From Priapulus caudatus (taxonomy: Eukaryota): 64,000 nucleotides of DNA. The notes under the pieces are model-generated. The model did no database searches. It was not told where the DNA came from and was given only the letters and a program-made list of their open reading frames with translations. Positions 1 through 12,033 of this stretch are shown piece by piece. Position 1 is the stretch's first letter, and every line of letters starts with the position of its first letter. Location of the stretch: positions 65,699 to 129,698 of the forward strand of contig NW_014577069.1 of assembly GCF_000485595.1 (NCBI RefSeq), written 5' to 3'. Both the position numbers and the translations under genes were made by a program.

Positions 1-150
1 TCCAGCCGATTCCCATCACTAATATATAAGATATAACGGTTTTATTTATTGCTTTCAATATTAGTATTACTATTAGTAAGTACAAGAATTTTAGCAAAGC
101 GGATTAATAAACAATACAGCGAAGTGATGACTGATGATGAAAAAACCATA

Positions 151-1279
151 TGTGACCCATCACAGGGAATCGGGTCTTAAGTCGAAATTTTGTTATATGG
201 AGTTATGCATATTCAGATTCCTTGGGTCATAAGCTTCATTTTGATACCACTCTCAACTCTCTATCTTTAGTGGTTGCCGAGAAATTGCCAGATTTGTTCA
301 TGACAAATTCGTGAAATTCAGAAACAAAAGAAGTTGAGAATATTGAGGTTAAAAATAGTTGTAATCAAAGGCCAAGTTTCCATAGCAACCAATACTTTAT
401 ATTCAAGATATTGCCACCAAATGTTGCACATACACTCTTGGAACTATATCAAATGTTACTATAGAAATCAAACACCCCAGACTCTTCGTTATCACTCTCA
501 TCTTCTACATCAGACACAATCACACGTTCATCATCAAAATAATCGAGTGCAAATTCCAGCAGTTCATTAGCATCTCTGCCATGCAAATTGCATCGGGTCA
601 GATCGTTTTAGCGCTTTCGCTGCCGATGTTGCCATTATTCCGGCATGTATCGGTTTGTAAACAACAGCAATTAAGTCTACGTATATTAATGATTCAATAT
701 CCGTTCATTATCAGCCAATATTAATGGCATACTTTGCTTAAAACGGGGTTTTATTGCTTTGAATCGACGGAGAATTTCTAACCACGTTTTGATAACATGG
801 GCGCCGCCATTACACGTGACCCACTCTCGGCCAATCAGCATGGCGCTTTCATCGGCCGTGGAGTTGTATACGAAAATTGCCCTAACCTAATCCAATAAAA
901 TCGCCTTTGATTGGCTTAAAATGACGTATTTATGAACCTAGTTGGAGAGAGGATTCCCCCTGTCTCATTTTGGTACCGGGATTGACGTGTTATTTATAGT
1001 ATAGCAAGCTCCAGCGGCCATTAAATTGGAGTGAAAATTGATTGTTTTCACGGATAATTAGCAATTCCCAAAGACAATACTCCTCATAAAAGTGATTTAA
1101 ATCAACTTTCCGGCAATAATTGATTTATTTCATCTCATGGAATACATAGATAAGGTATTTATGAAGCTATTAATGTGAAAATCCTGTACTCGACCAAAAA
1201 TTACCAATGCAACTTCTAGCATGTTTAGCTCAAAAGTAAACAATGCGACTTAAGACCCGATTCGATGTGACGGGTCACA
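151..1279. mobile_element. Non-autonomous DNA transposon, about 35-bp imperfect TIRs, TA flanks
   Basis: ta|TGTGACCCATCACAGGGAATCGGGTCTTAAGTCG ... CGACTTAAGACCCGATTCGATGTGACGGGTCACA|ta; no credible ORF. Confidence 0.8.
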
Positions 1280-1560
1280 TATGGTCATCTAGTCATAGTC
1301 GGCCATCCCCTGGAAAAATTATAAAGTACGCAGGCATTTTTTGTAGGGCCCTGGTTGATGGGTGGCAAATTTTGTTAACATAGTCATAGGTATAGTTTTG
1401 TTGCCAATGTTATTGTTGCCACAGTAACCAACCCGAATAGTCTATCAACCATCATCGTCTCATAAACATTTTGGCTCGTTCGCTTATTGAATGATATTGT
1501 AGCACTTGGCTGTTTTAACATTTTTTATGGCTATGGTCAGTACAGACACTATATTTTTTA

Positions 1561-1922
1561 GGCAGTGGATATTTAAACGTATACGGCAGAGTATCCACTT
1601 CCGCTATTTTACCGTACACCACATTTGATTGGCTAGTATATTTATGACGTCATCAATATTACCTTCGAATCCCATAAGGTTTAGCTATCTAGAAAACATA
1701 TAGGTTAAAATCCCATTTATTTCTACACATTTGTAGCCCCGTTTGATCATAGAAGCTATTTTTCGTGAATCACGTTTCCAATACGAAACCTTTTGAACAC
1801 ATTAATAATATACTAACATACATATATACACTTACATAGATCTATACTAGCCAATCAGAAGTACTGTTCTGTAAAATAGCGGAAGTGGATACTTTGCCGT
1901 ATACGGTTAAATATCCACTGCA
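1561..1922. mobile_element. Mutator-like MITE with 9-bp TSD
   Basis: About 50-bp TIRs GGCAGTGGATATTTAAACGTATACGGCA..; TATTTTTTA duplicated at 1552-1560 and 1923-1931. Confidence 0.8.
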
Positions 1923-2675
1923 TATTTTTTATTGTACCTATTGTTTCTGTAACATATTTTAAAGACACAAAATGTATTTTCTACGTGTTTGCAAAGAGAG
2001 TAGTCTGCTGATCTTTTAATTCTCCAATCTGCTAAAATGCATATCATAAAATATGATTTCTTTCATTTCAATAAATCACACATATAGGGTAGCTGTTAAA
2101 AGCCATATTTCTGTTAGGTGAAAAGGCTGCAGTTTCACAGTCTTAATTTCCCAACTAAATTCTCATAATTAAAAGTTAGTTTACCAAGATTAAAACACCT
2201 TAAAGTTAAATGACTTTTGTTGTGTGACACGCATATATCATTGTATATATATACACGTATATATCATTGAACATTTCTCACCTTCCCACTACCACGAATG
2301 CTGTACACATAATAGAAGCAGTCGTAAACCTCAATGCATTCCAGTTGATCATTTGAGAAGATTCAGTCATATGCAGTGATTAAAATTGTAACTGTAGATG
2401 TGGTTATGCTATTATTTATGCTGGGTACCCTCCTACATGCATTGATGTCATGAAACTCTAGCAAAGTACTTAGAGGCATTGATTGTAATTCACACAGGGT
2501 TCCCCCAATCTCGCTCACCCTGGTGTGGGTCGAGAAGAGGTCGGGAATTATTGTACTAAATAATACTAACTGGTTATTAGGGTCAATAGAGATATCTGGC
2601 ATTTAGTTATATTTTTTATGTATATAACAAACTGAGACATCTTAAGTGCTGCTCAGTAGTTTAAAAAATTAAATA

Positions 2676-2873
2676 CAGTGCAGCCCCATTGTAACGCAAT
2701 GGTTGGGGTCCATAAAATGTCATCGCGAAAAAAGCGGGGTCGCACTAAATCGGTGTTATATATACGTGGGCCGTGGCTATATAAGATTAAGAGCAAAAAA
2801 GGTGGTCCAACAACTCATCGCATTATATCCGAATTCGCGTTAAATCGGGGCGCGTAAAATCGGGGTTCCACTG
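2676..2873. mobile_element. Tc1/mariner-type MITE
   Basis: TA|CAGTGCAGCCCCATT ... AATCGGGGTTCCACTG|TA. Confidence 0.7.
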
Positions 2874-2983
2874 TACCATATTGTGTTATGTCATTTTAGA
2901 CCATCTTGTGTATAAGATTAGAAGTCTGGTAAATGCTAGGCACTGTGTTTTTCATGAGACTAATTGATCATTTGCATTTTTAG

Positions 2984-5900
2984 CTATCTGTCCTCTACAT
3001 TCCGGCAACAAGTCAGCCAGTGTCACTCACAGTGAACAACTTTGACCAAGTAGTTAGTGAGTATGATCTTGTGTACCATGGCACTAAATATATTACTTGG
3101 TAACTTTATGTTTCCATGCAGAAAAGCAGTTCAATCAGACATTTATAGTAGCATGAACATGTACTATATATACTAGTATGTACTAGTACTAGAATAGTTG
3201 TGTTCATGATAATAGTAATAGTGTGAATACAACATACCGACTGCCTTAGATCAGGTTGATCATGGCGTTTCTCACATGATGAAGTAGGCCTGAAGGTCGA
3301 AGGTAGTTTCCTGATCACCAGTAATTGTAACTAGCCTGTCCTTGCTCTTTCATCACAATGCACATTAGGTGGTGGTGGTGGTGGTAATATTAACTTTTTT
3401 ATTGCCATATTTGTCCTCCCCATATACGGTGGCAGAGCATGGCTGATATTTGTCGTATGCATATGGTTCTTGATATTATACTGATTTTGCCTATTTTCAG
3501 AAAATACAGAAATAGTATTTATCAACTTCTACGCTGATTGGTGCCGATTTAGTCAAATATTAAATCCTATATTTGAAGAAGCAGACAAGAAATTACGTAC
3601 AGATGTTCCTGTAAGTTTAATGTGGATAGCAAGTACCCAGTTAATAAGAATTATGTTTCCTGGGCAATATTAGCATATTCTTTTATAGATTTAACACAGT
3701 GGTTTGTATAACTTTCAATCTAATTTGACTAGCAATGGTGTGTGGTTTGATATTTATATGTGAGCTCAATGTACTGAAATTTATTAATAATATAGGTATA
3801 TTGTTATTTGTAAGGCATGTCTATTCTCTGTTCGAAATAAGGTCTATCCGTTTGTCCTCACTTGTCCATTTCCACGGATGACAAGTAGACCTATCCAGCA
3901 GCTTTTTAGAGCCAATTTTCATCATTTTCTACCATCGCTTCAATTTGTTAAGACAAGTAATAACTTAAAATAAATAATTGTGCTTCTTTATGTTCTTTCA
4001 AGTTTAGTGCCTACTTTGAACTGTTAGTGGACTGTATTAAAATTATAAAGTAAGATATTGGGACTAAAATTTAATTTGATTAAATGTATTACACATTTAC
4101 TATATTTCTATGTTATTAATCAGGACAAGCAAAAATATCTTTTAGCTTGTCCGTCGGACAAGCAAAATGTTTTCCTTATTTCAAACACTGCTATTTACAT
4201 CGAATTAATGTTATTTCAGGATGCTGAGGGAAAAGTAATATTTGGGAAAGTCAACTGTGATGAACAAGGTAAGCTATATATATATAGCAAGAAAGTAATA
4301 TTTGGGAAAGTCAACTGTGATGAACAAGGTAAGCTATATATATATAGCAAGAAATACTTAAATTAAATCAAAATGGTTTCATATTTAGTGGCTTAAAACA
4401 TGATTTATTAATGCTTTTGCAAGGCTAGTTGAAAGTCCTTCATACTAGCAGGAACAGACTAAAGTAAGAAACTGACAGTTAAATGTCAAGAAAATGAGCC
4501 CATTTCAAACCTGTTATCTGATACATGAATTATGTTTCCATGTTCTTATTAGCTATTTCAAGAAATTCATCAACCAAGTACATTTAGCTGTTATAATAAC
4601 ACGAGTTTTTCAGATAATTGGCATACACAAAAGTGCAATCTCATAAACTGTATCAATCTAACAGTAAGACCAGCAAGTCATGTCGAATGTGCAACAATTG
4701 GTTCTGTAGTTAAACTTAATTTCGTTGGCATAGAATGAAACAGAATGAAATGTCAAATCTTTACATGTGCATGTTGTGAAGTGTGACCAAGAGATAGAAA
4801 CACAAAATACACGACTTGTTAGTTTTTCCATTCTGAAGTTCTAGCTACGTTGTCATTGTAAAATTACCAGAAACATTCATTTTTTTGTTATAAATTCACG
4901 CGAACACAATGAACCTGTGCATAAAACAACTTATAGTAAGTACCAATACAAATATCGTTCAAGCTTCACCTCAGCTCCTACAGTGTCTTCCGTTTTTGCT
5001 CACAGTACAAGTGTGCACACGGCACCACATTTCCAAGTACCCAACGCTGAAGCTTTTTCGAAATGGCAACATGGCAAAGCGGGAGTATCGTGGACAACGC
5101 TCTGTTGATGCGTTGGCTAATCACATTAAGGATCAGGTGGCAGATCAAGTTGTGGAATTCAAGGATGTGGATGATCTTGACGACCTGAGTGTATGTACTG
5201 CTAGTATTATAGCAGGTGCTTTGTGGATGCAGTTTGGAGTATCTGACCTCCGCTTGGGATTCGTGTTAACTCGTCTCTTGTTGCCATGTTTAAAAATATA
5301 ATAATTTGTCTAGGTGTTTCCGTTGATGTATAACGTTTGTAACATGTGTTTCGTGTGTACTTGCTCGGCATGACAGGAGTGCACAATCACATCTGTAAGC
5401 AGCATTCTGAACTGAAGTGTCTTGTTTTTTTGTCCTGCAGATTAAGAAAAGGAACATAGTAGGTTTCTTTAATGTGAAGGAATCGAACACATATGCGGTG
5501 TTTGCAAGAGTGGCATCTATCTTGAGAGATGATTGTACCTTCCACGCCGGCTTCGGGTAAGATATTATCTCACTACGTATGTGGTTTGGATATGCGCGCT
5601 GTGTAACATTTGCTGTGGCATAGTGTTGGAATATTTGATGGAGATGTCAAATTTTTGTATTGACATTGTTGTAGCCAGTTTCTAGTTTCACTTTCTGACT
5701 TTATTATGTGAAGGCCTTAAATAGTAGGACCAGCATATAACAAAATAATCTGTAGTTAGGATTGTTTTTATTAGGGGTTTATCAGCTTTCAATAGCCTTT
5801 TTGCTATTCCTATCGGTTCACCCATTATTAGCTCATCTGACGTAGTCAGATGCAGCTTGTAGCATCGCATGGTTGTCCGTCCGTGCGTCCGTCAACAGTT

Positions 5901-8900
5901 GGGCACAAATCTTAACCGCTCGATGTACGGTCACGATATTTGGGACGTTGGGGGGATCGTGAAAAGGACTCGGGATGACAAATTTGGGAGTCAAGGGTCA
6001 AAGCTCAAGATGTGTAAACGGAGGGGGAATATTTCCCCCTTAACTTAAGGTATATGAGGAAATACGGAATTGTGGCACATATCTTAACGGCTCGACCTAT
6101 GCTCTTAATATTCGGTGTATAGTGTGATGGGCAGGAAACCCATCACCAGTGCGAAATTGGAGGTTACAGGTCAAAGGGCAGTGGGGGAAAGGTCAGATAT
6201 CAGACATTTTCTAAGGACATGGCCTAATGGACAAAGTGAAAAACCTTTTTTTTCAGCGCTGACCTACCATTTTTAGCTCATCTGACATAGTCAGATGCAG
6301 CTTGTAGAATCGCTTAATCGTCCGTCCGTCCGTCCGGTCGTCCGGTCGTCCGGTCGTCTGGTCGTCCGTCAACAGTTGGGCACAAATCTTAACCGCTCGA
6401 TGTACGGTCACGATATTTGGGACATTGGGGGGATCGTGAAAAGGACTCGGGATGACAAATTTGGGAGTCAAGGGTCAAAGCTCAAGATGTGTAAACGGAG
6501 GGGGAATATTTCCCCCTTAACTTAAGGTATATGAGGAAATACGGAATTGCAGCACAAATCTGAACGGCTCGACCTATGCTCTTAATATTCGGTGTATAGT
6601 GTGATGGGCAGGAAACCCATCACCAGTGCGAAATTGGAGGTTACAGGTCAAAGGGCAGTGGGGGAAAGGTCAGATATCAGACATTTTCTAAGGACATGGC
6701 CTAATGGACAAAGTGTTTCAGCGCTGACCTACCATTTTTATAACTTTATTGAAAGGACCATGAAATGTGCTTTCCACTGACAGACTGACAGGCGAAGAGT
6801 AAGTGTCTGATAACCTTTTGACCTTCAAGAGGTGGGTTAAACATGGATTCCTGAACTGCCTCAATGATGTCACAGTGTTCTCATTCATGGCACATCCATA
6901 ATCTAGAAAGCCAATAAGCCTGGATAGCCGTACGCCTACAGCACAGGCGTAACGGCTCAAAGGTCGTTGGATCGAATCCCATCAGATTTTTTATTATTTA
7001 CCTGTTTTCTGTATTTTTCTATCTTTATCCATTTAACTATTTTTTCCCAATTAATGCAAATTTTTACATGATTTATTTACAACAATTTAATAACAACACA
7101 TAATTTTTACAACAATTAACTTTTTTTTGTTTTTTAATAGGGTTAGGGTTAGGGTCACAATGCACCATAAAACAGGAGTTTCAGGCACGCGATTTGTATC
7201 AACCAATGGGATTTTGGAGGTATGCAGAATGCAGAAGGTTGCTGAAATGATGTGTACGCAACTGCGTATCTGCATATCTGCGTCTAACAAAGGTGTCACT
7301 ACGCACGACTTAAATGTTACGTTTATAACCGTAGCAACAGACCTCAGATGAGCCCAGACGCTCTGCGGCTCTTGTAGTGATAGTCTAAGGTTTTATTTTT
7401 TAGTTTAATTTGGCGCTATTTGGATCAAAACTGACGGAGCCTTTCATTAACATACATACAACATTTGCCAAATTATAGTAAGATGACCAGATTGTTCTTG
7501 TTTTATGGGGACAAGGTGACCAGCGAAAGCGCGACAAATAATTGTAAGAGGCATGTCTCACTACAGTAATTATCTTTTTCATAGTGAGGTGACAAGGAAG
7601 GAAAGGACAGGAGGAGACAACATTATTTTTAGACCCCCTCACGTAAGGATTTATTGTAGGATTTATTATATAGATACATAAGCTGTCTCAGCGGCTTTCG
7701 CATGTATATTCGTGACAAGGTATCGGAAGAATGTGATTCCCATTGCACACAGTAGAGATGTCAATAGTTTTTACTGTATTTTCACAGATGGTTTGCATAT
7801 TTTTTTTATCATTGTACTACATATACATGTATATGAACCTACTTCATGTAAAAGTGTACATGAAACTCTTTTAAACTCTGTGTTAACATCGTTAATCATT
7901 TTTCAGAAGTTGTAGCCTAGCAAATTGAAATGACAAGTGTTTTGATGATTGTGAACTAAATCTGACATGATCTTCAGATTTTTTTTTTAACTGAGCACTT
8001 TCTTGCTAAAACAAACGAATGGAAAACCAGAAGCGCCCATTTACTGCTGTTCACTGATCTGCATGGGAATCTGGTGCCAAATTGATCATGTATTATTCAA
8101 GTTTTTATTAGTGTAAACGTGAATGATTTAAAATGTGGACATAAAAACAACCTGATAATTTCAACCTACATAGGAGTATATGGTGTGTGTTTTGTGTTTG
8201 CAGAATAAACCGGACATGGTGTACATTGGCCCGCTGACAAACTTTGACTTACTCTACGCATGGACCGCTGACAAGTGTAATCCTCTTGTCCGCGAAATTA
8301 GTTTTGAAAATGCTGAGGTATGGTTGTAACACTGATCAATATTATAAGAGCATATTGATTTTTATGCTTATAATATTGCTACAGTAATCTTCTAGTGAAA
8401 TCATATGATAAATTTTAACCACATAATGTACTAAGTATATGAACATTTTAATTAACTAAAGTATATAAACGTTTAAATTAACTATAGTTTTGAAGGTGAA
8501 CCATTTCAATTTTTATACCACGAGGTGATCTTGTTTTGTATTAAATTGATCATCATAAGCCGATATAATAATTGCTATGGTGCAATCTATGTATATGTCT
8601 GAGGTGCGGTGAGTAGCATTTTAATAAATTTGTATGTGCATACAATTGAAACCAGCTATAATATTACGATCTGAACTTTACAGGAATTGACAGAGGAAGG
8701 CCTGCCATTCCTTATCCTGTTCCACGATCCTAGCGACACAAAAATAGTGGAAGAATACACGAAAATTGTGTCTAGCGAACTGCTCATGGAAAAGAGTAAG
8801 CCAACCTGTTGGAGCTAAACAACACATTATCCAGCAGCCTTCTCCCCATATCACTGTCCTTAGCCACTGTGTCATAATTTTAATTATTTTTTTTTTATTT

Positions 8901-11900
8901 GGCTTGTAAAGTGTTTCCACCTAACTATAGTGCAGTCATTTGTTGTTGTTGTTTTTATTCACACTTAATTATAAATATGTTGTTGAATCGCAGATGTGTC
9001 CTGTACCCTTGCTAAACAAAAATGAAACATGTGGCTATTGCAAGTAGAGCTTGGTTAATGTACATGGAAGTGTTTTAGTGTAGTGTTCACCATGTTATTC
9101 TTGTTTTTTTGCAGATAGCATCAATTTTGTAACAGCAGATGGACTCAAGTTCTCTCATCCGCTCCACCATCTTGGAAAAGCATCTAAAGATTTACCTCTG
9201 ATAGCCATAGACAGCTTCAGACACATGTATATGTTCCCTGATATCAAGGATATGACGTGAGTGCTTACAGATGACTGGCACATTAAGATTGTCCTGAACA
9301 ATTTGTTAACAGTTTGACACAGGGCATGAAATTGGCCAAAATGTGAACAGGCCCACCCACAATTATAAACAGGCCCTTAGACAAATTGAACAGGCCCTTA
9401 ATTTTGTTCAATTTATTCCATTAATAATAAAAGTGTTAGCTTTGTGTTTATTAGACATACTCGTAATATTTCAGTGTTTCATTGCTATCAGTGGAGTTCT
9501 ACCTGTTTGGCAGGAATTGCTGGAACATGATTTACTTTTTAGTAGTCACTAAATAAAAAATAGTCAGGAAATTGGTAAATATTGTTGATATAAAGGCAAG
9601 ATAGGCAAAATTTTGAATAGGCCAAGTGGACTGATTATATGGGGGGTTGAACCGGCGGTTTAAGGGGTTGAACCGGCGGCCGCGGGCAAAATGACGCTAA
9701 TTTCGCGCACTGATGACACTATGCATTTGACGTCGCAGAATTCATAGGTAGCATCACAGAATTTTTGTTTAATGTGACAGAATTGGAATTTTTATGTTGC
9801 CGAATTTCATGTGCATTGCAGTGTGTGTATGGCAGTGTGTGGTTGATGTTGCAGTGTTGGTGCTGCATGTTGCAGAGTGGATGGATTATATTGCAGGTCA
9901 TATGCTTGATATCGCATAGTTTGTGTTTTATACTGCACAGTGTTGTTTAACATTGTATGGTTGATCTTACAGTCCGTGTTTGATGTTACAGCGCACCAGG
10001 TAAGTTAAAGCAATATGTAGCAGATCTCCATTCTGGGAAGCTACATAGAGAGTTTCATCACGGACCAGAGAAGCAAGCATCTCATGATAAGGTATGCGCA
10101 TGCTATTCTGTTTCATGAATGCTAATCATAGGCTGGGTTACAAGTGTGTTGCGCCTTATACTATAACATGAAATTCTCATGTACTTCTGGTTGTCAACAC
10201 TGTAATGTAATACTAGTCCATGTACTAAAATATAGGTAAGAGATACTTACAAATTAATATGGAACTGCTATCTAAATATGTTAGCATGATTGGTTTCTCG
10301 GTGCCATCTTTACTTCTTGTTAATAACTGACTAAACAAACTAACCTAATGCATGCAATGTGATGGGCAAAATTCAGGTTAAATATCTACTTTTAAATGTC
10401 AAATATCAAAATTCACATTTGATTGAATTAATGCACATGTCTTCACATCATTCTACATTAACAATTACTTGTGGCCATTCTGTTCATGAAGGTGTAGGTG
10501 TGTGTGTGCATGTGTGCGTGCGTTCATCTCTGTGTGTGTGAGTACGCCAGTGTGTGTGTGTGTGTGTGTGCGTGCGTGCGCGCATGCGCATGCATGTGTG
10601 CGTGCGTTTGTGTCTGTGTGTGTGCGCGTGAGTATGTCGCTGCGTGTGTGTGCGAGCGTGCTTGCGTGCGCGTGTGTGTGTCTGTGTGTGCATGTCTTGG
10701 CTTGCATCTTTGCGTGTGTGTCTGAGAAGTGTGTACAGGCCATAGCGTTTCCAGCATGTTGGTGTGGGTGTTGGTTGCATGCTTTTCTGCTGCGTCTTAC
10801 AGACTGCCCCCACAGCTGCAGATCGTACGGATCCACCTGAATCAACCTTCAGGAAACTGGCGCCTTCTAGAAACAGATACACACTACTGCGCGACGAACT
10901 GTGATCTGAGCATTGTATAGTCAATAATTTGTATGTAAATCATATTGGTGTTTTTTCATCTATAGACCTTTTCAACAGACTCATGGACGGCAGTGACACC
11001 CTACTACATAATTCAGTCTGACTTTATTTTGCACGAATACATCTTTACATTGTTTGTGGCAAATGTTTCAAAGTCTCCTTTAGAATCAATCAGGATTTTG
11101 TAGGCCTGCTTGGCCACTCGATACTAACTAGAAAAAAGGATAACTTTAGACAGTTGTCAGAGTGAAAAGGTCTATAATGATTGTGATGTGATCCTGCAAC
11201 ACATGCCTTGAGATCATCTGTGCTGTAGTAGAACATTTCCTACCTGCCTTTGCATTTTTCGTTGATGGTATGAACTTGCTATATTATAACTATTACTGAA
11301 CAATGTGTTACTGTGATATGGCATTGTTTCTAGATATTTGTTTGTAGACGTTTTCACTGTTTTGTGGCTGAATTGCATCCTTAATTACTGCTTAATTGTG
11401 TTTAATGTGAATTTTTGTTTTCGTGAAGTTAAACGTGTATTGGGTATATTATTACATGTAATTTAAAAGTTTGGAAAGTCATTTAACTATTCAACTCCTT
11501 AAATTTGTGCTCATTTTTGTAATGAGGCGTACTGTGTCGCAGTGAGGCTACTTTTGGATTACCTATTTCTTATACAATTTGCTACATGGTGACATAGTGC
11601 TTCTATTTTGACTATTTAGTGTTTGGTTAGAATTCAATATATTGGCACTTCTTTGATATATGGGGTAATGAAGTTTAAAAAAATTAACCTACACGTTGTT
11701 TTAAGAGTAAATGATGCATGCACTAACTTTAGAAGCTGGGTAGAAGGGAGAGAGTGGAATATGGAGAATCCTGCACTATTTAGCCCATATATATATATAT
11801 ATATATATATGATGTGCCGTATTGTTCTGAGTTTCTCCTGTCTACCTTTACTGTCCACCATGACTGTTGAGGAAGTGCCTCTGTAAGAATCGTAGTGTGA

Positions 11901-12033
11901 GCATGCTCTACTCTTCTCGTTACAGTTGAAGCTTCATCAGCAACCACCATCACAGACTGATCCGCCTGAATCCACGTTCAAAAAGCTACAGCCTTCTAGG
12001 ACCCGCTACACAATTCTCAGAGATGAACTCTAA
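2984..12033 (+). CDS. ERP44: Endoplasmic reticulum resident protein 44 (thioredoxin/PDI family), multi-exon; first (signal peptide) exon not found in window
   Basis: Phase-consistent GT-AG exons 2984-3056, 3501-3610, 4220-4268, 5006-5190, 5441-5556, 7585-7642, 8204-8317, 8684-8795, 9115-9256, 9992-10091, then 10803-10904 or 11926-12033. Translation has the ERp44 signatures NFYADWCRFS, SKYPTLKLFRNG..KREYRGQRS, PLVREISFENAEELTEEGLPFLILFH, HPLHHLGK, IDSFRHMY, DLHSGKLHREFHHGP and C-terminal RDEL. Confidence 0.96.
4232..4354 (+). repeat. Exact 60-bp tandem duplication spanning the ERP44 exon end and 5' splice site
   Basis: AAAGTAATATTTGGGAAAGTCAACTGTGATGAACAAG|GTAAGCTATATATATATAGCAAG twice (4232-4291, 4292-4351). 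Confidence 0.95.
5827..7375 (+). mobile_element. Two tandem copies (first one 3'-truncated) of a Helentron-associated/DINE-1-like non-autonomous element
   Basis: TTAGCTCATCTGAC..GTCAGATG stem, (GTCC)n microsatellite, about 440 bp near-identical at 5827-6270 and 6270-6740; 3' end CAGATGAGC (inverted to the 5' end) plus a short hairpin and CTCTTGT at about 7345-7375. Confidence 0.75.
9320..9712. mobile_element. hAT-like MITE, 6-bp TSD (one mismatch)
   Basis: ttgaca|CAGGGCATGAAATTGGC ... GCTAATTTCGCGCACTG|atgaca. Confidence 0.6.
10495..10735 (+). repeat. Degenerate (TG)n/(TGCG)n microsatellite upstream of ERP44 exon A
   Basis: Directly visible; source of several spurious Cys/Val and His/Thr ORFs. 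Confidence 0.9.
10803..10904 (+). CDS. ERP44: ERP44 terminal exon A (TAPTAADRTDPPESTFRKLAPSRNRYTLLRDEL*)
   Basis: Acceptor ttctgctgcgtcttacag, phase 0 matches the donor at 10091, 34 codons ending RDEL-TGA. Confidence 0.9.
   Translation, partial: TAPTAADRTDPPESTFRKLAPSRNRYTLLRDEL
10961..11176. mobile_element. Small MITE between the two ERP44 terminal exons
   Basis: TATAGACCTTTTCA ... TGAAAAGGTCTATA terminal inverted repeat. Confidence 0.65.
11926..12033 (+). CDS. ERP44: ERP44 terminal exon B (LKLHQQPPSQTDPPESTFKKLQPSRTRYTILRDEL*)
   Basis: Acceptor ctctactcttctcgttacag, phase 0, 36 codons ending RDEL-TAA. Confidence 0.9.
   Translation: MKLHQQPPSQTDPPESTFKKLQPSRTRYTILRDEL

Noticed and set aside
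1..21. CCGATTCCCATCACTA shared with about 41908-41923
   Set aside because: Likely the end of a MITE extending outside the window; too little visible to annotate.
3254..3318. Possible C/D box snoRNA in an ERP44 intron (ATGATGA ... CTGA)
   Set aside because: Only about 40 nt from C to D box and no recognisable guide; cannot support without a covariance search.
7500..7548. Exon-like stretch ending GTAAG just before ERP44 exon 7585-7642
   Set aside because: No AG acceptor in the needed position and no convincing similarity to the real exon.
10465..10924. Cluster of Cys/Val- and His/Thr-rich ORFs
   Set aside because: Translations of the TG microsatellite; the real exon (10803-10904) is in another frame.
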